This document shows, one piece after another, positions 11,056 to 20,909 of a stretch of 64,000 nt of DNA (positions within the stretch are counted from its first letter, which is position 1; the number at the start of each line of letters is the position of its first letter). The stretch is from NCBI GenBank assembly GCA_964291415.2, contig OZ219917.1, positions 192,001 through 256,000 of the forward strand, in the 5' to 3' direction. The stretch comes from Alphaproteobacteria bacterium (GTDB lineage: Bacteria; Pseudomonadota; Alphaproteobacteria; SP197). Under the pieces are notes generated by a model, which did not search any database, was not told the DNA's origin, and saw only the letters and a list, made by a program, of their open reading frames with translations. The translations under genes were made by a program, and so were the position numbers.

Positions 11056-11225
11056 CTACACTCCCGACAGCCCGTTCGGATGGCACCCGACACGAGCACT
11101 GGCGACGGGTCACGTCCATCTAACGACACGTGGAGCGTTGGCGCGAGGGGATGTAGGGGAAAACCTCTTTCGAGTGCGCGAGAATCTATTGGCAGGAGAA
11201 GTATCGGATATAGTATCTAGTTATC

Positions 11226-12488
11226 ATGAGAGACCGTAACTTGCTATTCTACGAAGAGGATTTGGACGCGCAGCTTCGAGGGCGACAGGAAACTGTTCCC
11301 GAAGCTGTTGACCGGATACCGAAAGATCAATTCCTAGTCTCAAACGATCAGGAATTGGTCGACCATGTGGTCGCTAGAATGACGGTAGAGCCACTCGTTC
11401 TACGCGAAAACGCAATGGTCATGAGTCAAAACGAAACGCAGGTGGATGTTTCTGGCGATTCTATGCGGGTGTTTATGTCCAATCGCAGTGGACCACTTTA
11501 CGTTCCGGGAACTCGCGTGGACATCGACATTCCCTTCACGGGAGAAGAGTGGATTTTCCAGTATCGGACCAACCCGTGGTCCTTGGTGCTCCCGCGCGCG
11601 GAAGTCCGACAGGGTCAATTGCGCCTCTGTATTTCGCAGCCGCACGACGCCGATCCCGCCAATTTCAGGTCGATTTACGATCGGGAGTTGAATCTGATTC
11701 GAGAGTACGTGGACCACTCACACAAGCAGGTGGTTGATTATAACGAGAGTCTGCCCAACTTGGTGCAGCGGTCGGTCAATAATCGTCGTGACCGACTTGG
11801 ACGTCATAGTAACATCGCGGGCTTGCTTGATATACCCTTAGCCACGCAACCTGGCGCACCTTCCATTGAGCCAGTGAAGGTGGAAATCCGGCGTCCTCCA
11901 GCTTTGCCCCAGGTGCCGAAGGCGGGTCTTATGCCAGAGCCGGGGATCACAGACGAGACCTACGGGCATATCCTTCAGTTCATTCGACACCAAGGACGCA
12001 CGTTTGAGCGGACGCCCAACACCTATGCCGTGCACGGTGAAGAAGACTTGCGCAACATCATATTGGCGCAGTTAAACGGGCACTTTCGTGGTGATGCCGT
12101 GGGTGAGGTGTTTCGAGGTAACGGCAAGACAGACATCTGCATCGAACAGGACAATCGCGCGGCCTTCGTGGGAGAATGCAAGATGTGGACGGGTGCAGCA
12201 GGCCTCATCGTAGCGATGGATCAGCTTCTCGGCTACCTGACTTGGCGTGATAGTAAAGCCGCCTTGATCATGTTCAACGTGAAGAACAAGGACTTCACCA
12301 AAGTCCTCAACGCAGTGCCCGAGACGCTTCGCGCTCATCCACTGTTCCTGCGTGATTTGGCTTGTTCCGAAGCCGGGGAATGGAGGGTGGAGATGCGTAG
12401 CGTCGAGAATGAGGGGCGGCGTGTCACTGTTCAGGCGTTTGTCTTCAACTTGTTCCAGGCTAGTGGTGTACGGACACGAGCGCTCTAA
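11226..12488 (+). CDS. Hypothetical protein with C-terminal PD-(D/E)XK nuclease-like domain
   Basis: EEDLR...GKTDI...FVGECKMW...DQLLGY restriction-endonuclease-fold motifs. Intact 420 aa with atypical codon usage. Confidence 0.7.
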   Translation: MRDRNLLFYEEDLDAQLRGRQETVPEAVDRIPKDQFLVSNDQELVDHVVARMTVEPLVLRENAMVMSQNETQVDVSGDSMRVFMSNRSGPLYVPGTRVDIDIPFTGEEWIFQYRTNPWSLVLPRAEVRQGQLRLCISQPHDADPANFRSIYDRELNLIREYVDHSHKQVVDYNESLPNLVQRSVNNRRDRLGRHSNIAGLLDIPLATQPGAPSIEPVKVEIRRPPALPQVPKAGLMPEPGITDETYGHILQFIRHQGRTFERTPNTYAVHGEEDLRNIILAQLNGHFRGDAVGEVFRGNGKTDICIEQDNRAAFVGECKMWTGAAGLIVAMDQLLGYLTWRDSKAALIMFNVKNKDFTKVLNAVPETLRAHPLFLRDLACSEAGEWRVEMRSVENEGRRVTVQAFVFNLFQASGVRTRAL

Positions 12489-12513
12489 GGTCTGAACATT
12501 TCAGCGACGAGCG

Positions 12514-13159
12514 CTAGGTTGTTGCTGTGTTGTTGATGCTGTCAACGGATGAGACCATTCTGAAGCTATGCGCCGTCACTAGGCCTTGCTTCACCTTCTT
12601 GAATTCGCTGAACACCCTGAGCGCGAGTGCGAGATAATCCTCTTGTGGCGGGCCAAGTTGGTCCAGAATAGCTCTGCAGACCGCAACGACGTTCGCAGTG
12701 GTGTTGGGACATTTTGCGGAAAGTGTTAGGCACGTGCTGTTGAGGTCGGCGAACAAAACTGGCGCCTGCGCCCCCGGGATCAGCGACGACCGACGCGTCA
12801 ATTGGATGGAGCGCACCCGCTGAGGCCGATGGTTTCTTCCCCAGTCCGAAGTCCTCGCCATGATCTACCTCCCGCGTGCAGAACCCGTGCATCACGAACC
12901 CCACATCTATTGGTCATGACGATAGTGTTTAGTCACCTGCAGAGACCAGGCGGATGGCGCATCTGTCACCAGTACGGTATTCAAAGAACGCATTCAACCA
13001 ATACATCGCAATTGTCTCTATGATGCTGCGAACACCCGCATCGAGCACCTGGCTCACGATCGATTTCCGGAAACCGCAACGACTCCTGCCGTGTACCTTG
13101 TGGTACAGTAGCAGCCACTCGACAAGATATTGGGGGGGGAATGAATCAAAGGACAACAA
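12514..13159 (-). pseudogene. Degraded SagB/nitroreductase-like gene
   Basis: Only the KPSASAGALHPID motif is recognisable. The region is broken into short ORFs. Confidence 0.35.
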
Positions 13160-13364
13160 GGAGCGCCCACCACTTGGTATACCGTCTCTACTCGGCTAGG
13201 ATACCTCTTGAACTTGTGGCGCTGACTGCCTAAATTTAACCATGCTCACTTTGTTTGGCCCAAATGATGCCTTGTAAGACAATGGTGCTTCCAATTCTGT
13301 GTTTGCGCAGGACGAAAACTCTAAATCAAGTTGATCTCTTACTCTCTTCTTTTGCGATACTACT

Positions 13365-14324
13365 ATGCCCAAACATCAGACTACTCGCGAGCCTCCGGAA
13401 TTCAATCACATTGAACCGGTAGAAGGAGATCTACTCTCCGATGAACCTGATGCCTTGCTCCGCACCCACCGGAAGTTGCAACTTGCAATTCTTCGACTTC
13501 GGAAGAATGTGGATAAGGGGAATGCCCTTATCGACTTCCGCAACTGCGAAGAAATAGATCCTGGCGGTTTGCTGCTAACAATGTATGCAGTCTTTCCGCT
13601 TCTCAGAGATAACCAGCTGTCTCTCTGGTATCGGAGTCGCGGCGCTGTAAGGGCGTATCTCCTAGAAAACATAGACCATTATCGTCAACGACGATCCGCC
13701 CATAGCAATAATCGCTCAGACGACTTTCTACTTCGTCGAATAAAAACAAGAGAAGCTATGGTCAATGACCTCAATCAGTATGCTTCATCCCTTAGACAAG
13801 CATCTCTTATCTCGAGTCGCGAAGTCGCAATATGGGAAACACAAGTTGGCGAACTCACAACCAACGGATTTCAACATGGAAACGCTCTCAGGGACGATCC
13901 GCAAGAACGCGATCTAGTTATGAATCTTGTAGCCGGCAAGGCATATGAAGAAAAAGGTAGAGTTGAAATGGGTGTACTAGACTTTGGCGCCGGCATTCCT
14001 CGTGTAATTGAGCGAGTGGCACCTGATACAGTGCGTGCAAAAGGAGACGGTCAATTAATAGCGTACGCGCTCAGAAAAGGAATAACTTCCCGAACGGTTA
14101 TCGAGAATCAAGGAGCGGGGCTTCATGGAATTGTGGATGCCGTCAAGGAAAATGGGGGGCGTCTCCTACTCTTCTCTGGCGGAGGCTTGGTATGCGTAAA
14201 GAATGGTCGTGTCTCAAGCAGAAAAATCAATGACAGGTGTAACCAACCGACACTAGAAGGCACCTTGGCAATTATAATTCTTAATTTACAGGGGGGAGTG
14301 GCGCAATGTCACAAACAATATTAG
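13365..14324 (+). CDS. STAS-like domain plus GHKL/HATPase (RsbW-like kinase) protein
   Basis: N-terminal IDFRNCEEIDPGGL (STAS-like). N box GELTTNGFQHG, G1 DFGAGIP, G2 GITSR..NQGAGL and C-terminal GT. Confidence 0.8.
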   Translation: MPKHQTTREPPEFNHIEPVEGDLLSDEPDALLRTHRKLQLAILRLRKNVDKGNALIDFRNCEEIDPGGLLLTMYAVFPLLRDNQLSLWYRSRGAVRAYLLENIDHYRQRRSAHSNNRSDDFLLRRIKTREAMVNDLNQYASSLRQASLISSREVAIWETQVGELTTNGFQHGNALRDDPQERDLVMNLVAGKAYEEKGRVEMGVLDFGAGIPRVIERVAPDTVRAKGDGQLIAYALRKGITSRTVIENQGAGLHGIVDAVKENGGRLLLFSGGGLVCVKNGRVSSRKINDRCNQPTLEGTLAIIILNLQGGVAQCHKQY

Positions 14325-14611
14325 CTTCTGAGATTGTGGATCACCGTTTTCCACCAGAGGAAGGAGCAGAGTTGGCAAGAACATTGCTTCAACAGGACTT
14401 AGAATGGGACGATCTCACCGTCGATCTTAAGGGTCTACCAGCCAGCCTTCTGATTTCCGCTTTCTTTAATGGCTTTCTTGCAGTCATTACTTCCGACCGA
14501 CCGGAGCTTCTGCCGAAGGCGAAGAAAATACGATGGCAGTTGGACTATGACTTCCAAAGGGAGAATGTCGCTCGGTGGATGAGAGGGTTTTCGGGCATCC
14601 AATTGGAGTGA
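14306..14611 (+). CDS. DUF4325-like STAS domain protein
   Basis: EEGAEL...LTVDLKGL...ISAFFNGFL pattern. Overlaps the upstream gene and has a GGAG RBS. Confidence 0.75.
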   Translation: MSQTILASEIVDHRFPPEEGAELARTLLQQDLEWDDLTVDLKGLPASLLISAFFNGFLAVITSDRPELLPKAKKIRWQLDYDFQRENVARWMRGFSGIQLE

Positions 14612-14617
14612 TGTCAG

Positions 14618-15472
14618 ATGACTTGTCATGTTGCGTTTTCGAGTGACGTTGGTGCAGTTTTGTTTTCGGACAGCCAGCTGTCTACGGACAAGACAGGATA
14701 TCACGGCTTTCAGAAGCAGTTCGTTGGCGACGATTTCCTGCTTGGGGGGTCCGGAAACAGTTTGGTTATCGAAGAGGTCTTTAAATCGCTGAGAGATTCT
14801 ACAACGGGGGTGTGCACTGTCGATGGCGGGACAGTGGCGAATCACATTGTAGCGTTTTTGCAAAGGAACGTTAGTAGGCCGGCTGCTGCCGGCACAAACT
14901 TTATCTTGATATGCCTAAATCAGAGCGGCAAGCCAAGAATTAGGATTCTATACCCTTCCACGTTTGACTTTTTCATCTCAAGAGATCACTTCGGCACGCT
15001 GGGATCTGGATCTGAGCTCGTGAGTTCTGCGATTGAGAGAGATAGAATGCTGGGCCTTTTTCGACAGCCCTTAGAGTTGGTAGACATGATAGTGGCGGGA
15101 GAAAATTATCTTGATGCTGCCACGAAAAGTCTCACCGTTGATTCACAGTTCACTGTGGGAGTGCTCCGATCGAAAAGAGCGTATCTAATGGGTGATGTGC
15201 GAATTACAATGCAATATGCACCACCAGCGATCGCAGCGAAGTGGAATAGCGCTTCGAAATTGTATGAAGCAATTCTGGCTCATGCTCAACAGATTCGAGG
15301 AGAAATTCGAGAAGCACAGCGAGTGTTGTCCAAAGTTCAAGTTGCTCAATTAGACAAAGCTGCAGTTTCCGCAATTGAGGCAAGCCAAGTCTCAGTGAGT
15401 CAAAATAGACAGGCGCTTCATGCAAAAATCGAAAGTTACTTAAATTGGTATGATAGGTTGCTGAACCGCTGA
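14618..15472 (+). CDS. Proteasome-beta/HslV/Anbu-like Ntn hydrolase with C-terminal helical extension
   Basis: After Met removal: T1, D17-S18, K32, S44-G45 and G128-S129-G130-S131. The last ~80 aa are amphipathic and helical. Confidence 0.8.
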   Translation: MTCHVAFSSDVGAVLFSDSQLSTDKTGYHGFQKQFVGDDFLLGGSGNSLVIEEVFKSLRDSTTGVCTVDGGTVANHIVAFLQRNVSRPAAAGTNFILICLNQSGKPRIRILYPSTFDFFISRDHFGTLGSGSELVSSAIERDRMLGLFRQPLELVDMIVAGENYLDAATKSLTVDSQFTVGVLRSKRAYLMGDVRITMQYAPPAIAAKWNSASKLYEAILAHAQQIRGEIREAQRVLSKVQVAQLDKAAVSAIEASQVSVSQNRQALHAKIESYLNWYDRLLNR

Positions 15473-15707
15473 ACCAAACTGTGTTCTGCCAATATAAAAG
15501 GAGTGTGGATTGATTGCGATTCTGGGTCAGGGCTACGGACTCGAATGGAGGCGGTCTTGAGTGGGGGCGCTACGAGCGAGGCCGAAAGGTGTTTGCCCTG
15601 CGGTCGTGCCGCAGAGGGTGGCCGCGTCGTACAATTGGAGGATCGTCAATGTCATGTTGTAACACATTCGCACCGGAAAGCTCTGCGCGACATGCTGGGA
15701 GTGCACG

Positions 15708-16405
15708 ACTATGAATGTCCCCAGTGATGCAAGCATTAGTTAGTTGGGTGTGGTGACATGCGGTCAGGTGCTGCCGTCTATCCGATGTCATGATGCGGTT
15801 GGTGCGACTCCGCAAGCCATTGTAAAGAGTCGCGGCCCTGGTTTGGATCGATTGCACGAGCTTGATCGCTCTACGGTCATTGGGTGGTTCTCCCAATCCC
15901 GTCTCTTTGACCGTTTTTCCTTACCCGTCCTCGGTCCTGCCACATCACCGATGGCTTCCTGCAGCGTGTCGTCCAGTCAGGCGACGGCAGGAGCCCGACA
16001 TCTCTGCTTCGTAGTCATCACCGCCCAGGCAATGCGCGCCATCCTGTTGGCCAGGGCTACCGTAACCGACATCTCCCTGGCCTGCTGGCTGCTCCGCCGT
16101 CTTCACGACCACGAAGGTCATGGTGGGACGCTGCGCAGCCTCGCTGATCTCCTCCGCGTCCGTCGTGTTGTTCTTCTTCCGTTTCACGAACGGCTTCGCA
16201 TAGATCGGCGCGATCAGCTTCACATCATGACCGAGCTTCGCGATCTCCCGGCCCCAGTAGTGAGCGCTCGCACACGCCTCCATCGCCACCTCGCAGCCCA
16301 GCTGCGAGGCCAGGAAGTCAAGCACGTTCCCTCGACTGAACTTCTTGCGGAAGGACACCGATCCATCCGCGCACGTGCCGTGCAGTTGAAAACCTCTTTC
16401 GCCAG
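15708..16405 (-). mobile_element. Internally deleted IS110-family (IS1111-like) remnant with 3' non-coding end
   Basis: LAKEVF/QLHG...MEACASAHYWGR...PFVKR.KN...DAE..EAA is fused to C-terminal VALANRMARIAWA* (stop 15977), followed by ~270 bp non-coding end. Confidence 0.85.
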
Positions 16406-17234
16406 ACGCCGGCGCATGCCGCATTCCTTCAGCTGCCGCCACTGTGAGTGCACCAGGACGTAGAGCTCGCCGTCCTCGACCAAGAGCTTGACGTTCATGG
16501 ACTGGCGCACCTCCTGCCAGGGCAGGTCCAGGAACTCCTTCTCGAGCCGCGTCAGCCTGCCCTTGGGCGTGCCCACCAGATAGCGCACCGGCGCGCCACC
16601 CTGGCGCATCGAGGCCAGCGTCTCCTCGGTGGGATGCCGCGGTCCATGATCCAATCAGCCGGTAGCAGACCTGGATCTTCAGGATGTCCAGCCACCTGGT
16701 GCCCTGCCGGCTCGGCGGCAGGCGCTCAGCCCAGAAGCGGTCCAGGTCCAGGCGGTCCCACAAGGACAGCGCCAGCCAGCACGCACCCCACTGGCGCGGG
16801 TCGTGAAGCGCCACCTGCGCAAGGGCGATCTTCACCACCTCGTAGCTCAGCTCCGGCGCCCCCCGTCCTCGGGAAACAGCGCCATCTGCCGTGATCGCGA
16901 GGTGCCCTCCACCACCTTGATCGAGCGGCACCACGCCGCGCGCTGACTGTCGTTGATCTCGCCGAGATAGAGGACCTGTCGCTGAACAACTCGGCCGCCG
17001 TGGACCCGGACGTTCTCCACCACGCTCCAGTAGCGGTGCTTCCTGCCGTCCTTGAAGCGTCTCTTGCAGCGCACGAACATGGGCACAACGTCCGGGGCTC
17101 TTCGTCAGCCCAATCAAGGGGGTAGGTCGGCACTACAAGCGCTTCCGGAGAGACACTGCACGGAAATCCGCCAGTTCTCGCGCCGGAAACACGTCAAAAT
17201 AGTCGAATCAGATGCCGAGTTGCGGAAGTCGGGG
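16406..17234 (-). mobile_element. IS1634-family remnant (fragmented transposase plus left end)
   Basis: Fragments MFVRCKRRFKDGRKHRYWSVVEN...VQRQVLYLGEIND, PRQWGACWL and RGIPTEETL...YLVGTPKGRL. Putative end cccgacttccgcaactc. Confidence 0.85.
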
Positions 17235-17548
17235 TTCGTGGGTGCTGGACTATCACGAGCCTGGAAGCACAGTTCCGAGTGGAGTAGTTTGCCACGAGTT
17301 GGAGTGTAGGCCCACTTTGTCAGACCGATCTCCCCGACTGTCCTCCCTGGCGCCGGTTCTCTGACTCTGGGTAGGGAGGAGCTTGATGAATCCTAGTACA
17401 TCAATTCGCCGATCACAGCTGGACATGAACCTTGGTACAATCCGGTTGAACTTAAGGTGTTACCGAAGTTGGCTTACACCACGCTCATGCAGTAAACTAC
17501 GAGTGACGGGATGCTATTTGTAGTGTGCCATTCGACAAGGGAACGCTC

Positions 17549-18282
17549 ATGGCTAAGGCGAATTCGAAGAACAACGATAAGTTCAAGCTTCCTAACTCGT
17601 CACTGGACGAAGTATTCAAGGTAGTCCAAGGGATACGCGACCATCGATAAGCCTGCTTCCTTAGCCGAAATAGCTAAGGCAACCGGTATGCATGAGACCT
17701 CGATCAGCAAGAACGTGGGCTTTTTGCTTTCCATTGGCGTGCTTGAAGGCGGTCGGTACAAAGCTCCGACCGAAACTGGCCAAAAGCTGGGGCTCGCGTT
17801 GATGCACGATGTTCCGGAAGAACTAGAGAGTATCTTAGGAAGCATTGTTGCCGATGATGAGTTCCTCAAAAGCGTGCTTGCTGCAGTTAGAATTCGTAAA
17901 GGGGATGGATGAGACATCTCTGCGCGCGCACATTGCCTACAGCGCAGGTCAGTCAAGGACCGGTTCAACGACTACAGGAACCGGGGCCGTTGTGGAACTT
18001 CTAAGGCGCTCTGGTCACCTAAATTCGGATGAGGGAAGATTGGTGGTTAGTGCACCGACCCCCACTCTCTTGCCCATGAAGCGCAAATGCCGACAAGAGT
18101 AGAACATGTCACATCGCAATTGGTCTCGGAAACCGTTGATACGACTTCAGCGTTTACGATTTCGATCAGGATTGATGTGCGCTGTGAACCTAAGGATCTT
18201 GATGGTCTGGGTACTGCGCTTCGCAAGGTCGTAGACGAGTATTCCAAGGAAATCGGGGATTGCCGACGACCGCGAGGAGTGA
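17549..18282 (+). pseudogene. Winged-helix (DUF5343-like) protein, frameshifted
   Basis: Reassembles across ~3-4 indels as MAKANSK..FKLPNSSLDEVFKVV-GYA..ASLAEIAKATGMHETSISKNVGFLLSIGVLE...TETGQKLG...TISIRIDVRC. Confidence 0.6.
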
Positions 18283-18285
18283 GCA

Positions 18286-19232
18286 TTGCCTCGCCCTTTC
18301 AATCAAGCCACAGCCGAGCAAGTTGTGACTGTGTCTGAAGCCGTTGCCGCATTGGGAGGAGGCTGATGTGCCAACAGTCGCTGCCTTCACCGATCTTCCG
18401 GACGAGATTGTAGAGAGTGCGCTTAATCTCGCCACAGATCTAATGCTGTTGAATGCGAACGCCCGACAGTTTTCCAGCAGTAGCCCGCTTTGCCAACTGC
18501 TTCGGACACCACAAGATCGCGAGAAGGCGGCGATCATGCGTGCATGATTGAGTCGTACGATCCATTCTTGGTGTTCCGAGAAGAACTAGAGGCGACCAAC
18601 GACGTGACAGCCTCAGCGCAACGTACAATAGCGCAGTGTGATCTAGACTGTCATCGCGAGCAGGTAAAGAGACTTTGTTAAGTCTTGCGACCTATAGCGG
18701 CGCGCTGATCGCGGGGCACGGAACAGCTACGAGCGAGATGTCCGGGGAATCTCTGCACTCTTGGATGAGCTCGCGGCCGGAAGTCGAGAAGTCGCTGGAG
18801 CAACGCTTACTGTACGGACAGAACTTGGCCCTGATGCCGCGGGACGGGTAGATCACGACCAAGTTGTGCTCCCACTAGTAGCCGGTCTGCGGCACGCAGC
18901 AGCCGGCTCGAGTCGCGAGGCCGTACTGCAGGCGGGCATCGCCATAGAGAACTTTCTCACCTCGGTCGCAACCGACCATGGAACAGATGTTGCTAATGCG
19001 AATGGAATCAATGCAAAGATGCATCGATTGGTGCAGGCCGGTCACTACCCCGAAAAGCTTCACATGTTTGCAAGTACCTAGGCCATGTCAGAAACGCTGC
19101 CGATCATGGGAATGATGCCGAAATTGGTGCACCTTGGTACGTTTCGGAACGACTGGACGGAACTACATCTTCGTTGCAGTCGGATTCATTCGTTCGATGA
19201 TCGCGCACGCAACGGATCGTCACGAGATCTGA
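18286..19232 (+). pseudogene. HEPN (RxxxxH) domain protein, frameshifted
   Basis: AVLQAGIAIENFL...KYLGHVRNAADHG, with the R-x4-H motif at 19090-19107. GAGGAG RBS before TTG 18286. Several indels. Confidence 0.65.
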
Positions 19233-19249
19233 CCGAAAGACTCTTCACC

Positions 19250-20110
19250 TCACAAATCTATTTTATCGTTGACGAGCCGGAATCAGAAAGCGCCATCGTC
19301 TGTACACCACGCTTGTTCGCAGAATCGCAGCAAAATTTCTGATCACCATGCGTTCCAACTGCACTCTGTGTATCCTCAGTGCATCCGGCAAAACATCGTA
19401 TCGGTAAAAGTTCCAGTCTCTGATTGAAGGATGTCCCGCTCTAAATCTTTGGATCAACTGTCTGCCTCACCAATGTAGAAGAGTTTCTTGTTTGTATCAA
19501 TCAACATGTAAATGACATTTTCTGCTCCGATCTCGGATTCGAAATCGTCGCGTGAACACCAGTCCTGTTTGTAGATACGAATGGTGTTCTTGTTGGCCAA
19601 TTCGTCATCGATCCGTTTAAGGGTTGGCGAGTATGTGAGTCGACGGAATAACTCCGGGAATGTCGGAGTTTGAGTGTAGTGGGCGGTCATGCGAACCGTC
19701 TTCGACTCTTTGTCGAATTCGATGTCGAGGAATTCCCAAAATGGTATATCCCTTTCGATGTCGGAGTCGGTATCTGGCCGCAGACGGCTTTCGATGTCGC
19801 GCATGAAAGTCATAAGGAATACTTCTTTAAGTTCATTCTTTAAATCATCACCAAACCACATGCGGTAAACCTTGTTGGCGCGATTTTTGGGCCAAGTACA
19901 CGTTACCTGACCGGCGTATCTTTTCTTGTTAAAGTTGATCGAGAATGTCGATCCTTCGTCCTCCTTTCCCATTAGACCGGGGAAGACCTCGTCAAGGTTC
20001 CAGACTTTGCATACCCACATGGGAACAGTCGTTCCCTTATGTTGAAACAAGGAGGGTCAACCTTCTTGCGCCAGAGTGGAAAATCGACATTGGGTTCGTT
20101 CTCTTGGCAT
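19250..20110 (-). pseudogene. GIY-YIG nuclease domain protein, frameshifted
   Basis: N-terminus MPRERT-NVDFPLWRKKVD-SLFQHKGT. C-terminus VIYMLIDTNKKLFYIGEA..LIQRF...LERMVI. Confidence 0.75.
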
Positions 20111-20909
20111 TTAACACCTCTCAGCGATGGGGGTCGCAGGCTAACTGCTTAACCCGACCGCACTCCGGTCAAACAAACACACTTCGAGAACGCCTTTGAC
20201 GCCGTTGATATGAACAGGGTTGGTGATGTATCGAACTGAGGCTCACTCGGCACTCTTGAAGCAACAGCTTAGGAGAGCCGCCAACCTGAGGCGACAGTGA
20301 TAAGACTGTTCCGCAGGTCATGGGACCAGCACTTGGTGCCGCCAGCCTCCTAATACGGGGCTGGAGAAGGTGCGGGTCTTGGACATGGCGGTGGGCGCCG
20401 GTGCCCAAGAGGAACATTCAATCGCGAGCATGAGTCGAGTAGTTGCTCGCCTCGACTCTGCGGCGTTCAGGATTGACCGAGAACTGCCGGGCAACCGGGA
20501 ATTCCAAGAGTACATCAGCCTTTTGTTGCTTGGTTGGATAGCACCTCGGAAACCGAGCAACTTGTCGCCTGGCTGGAATGTATCGATGGTCGGTTGGCGA
20601 CTGTCGTACGTATCCTGGCAGTTCGTATTCCGGGTTTCTCTGACATAGCACCCATATAGGGACGCCCGAAATTTGGTCAACTCAACAATCAATACCAAAA
20701 TGGAAGTGACTGTCTTCCAAAGTCGCAGTTAGTCTTCTGGAGTCAACAGCGAATAATCTTCAACACTCTGAAAACGGCGTGCATGGCAGTTAGATTGCCC
20801 GTTCAGGTAGTTGTTTGTCGCCGCTTAAGAGCGAAATCACTTTCCTGAAGGTCGCAGCCTCAGCTTGCGTTGACGCCTCGTCCAGCTGACGAATGGGAAG
20901 CAGGTGGAA

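Noticed and set aside
15945-17117. 390-aa ORF that looks like a novel fusion transposase
   Set aside because: It is chance read-through across IS1634 and IS110 fragments in mixed frames.
20150-20850. Short ORFs at the right edge of the island
   Set aside because: No recognisable motif or consistent coding frame, so no call is possible.
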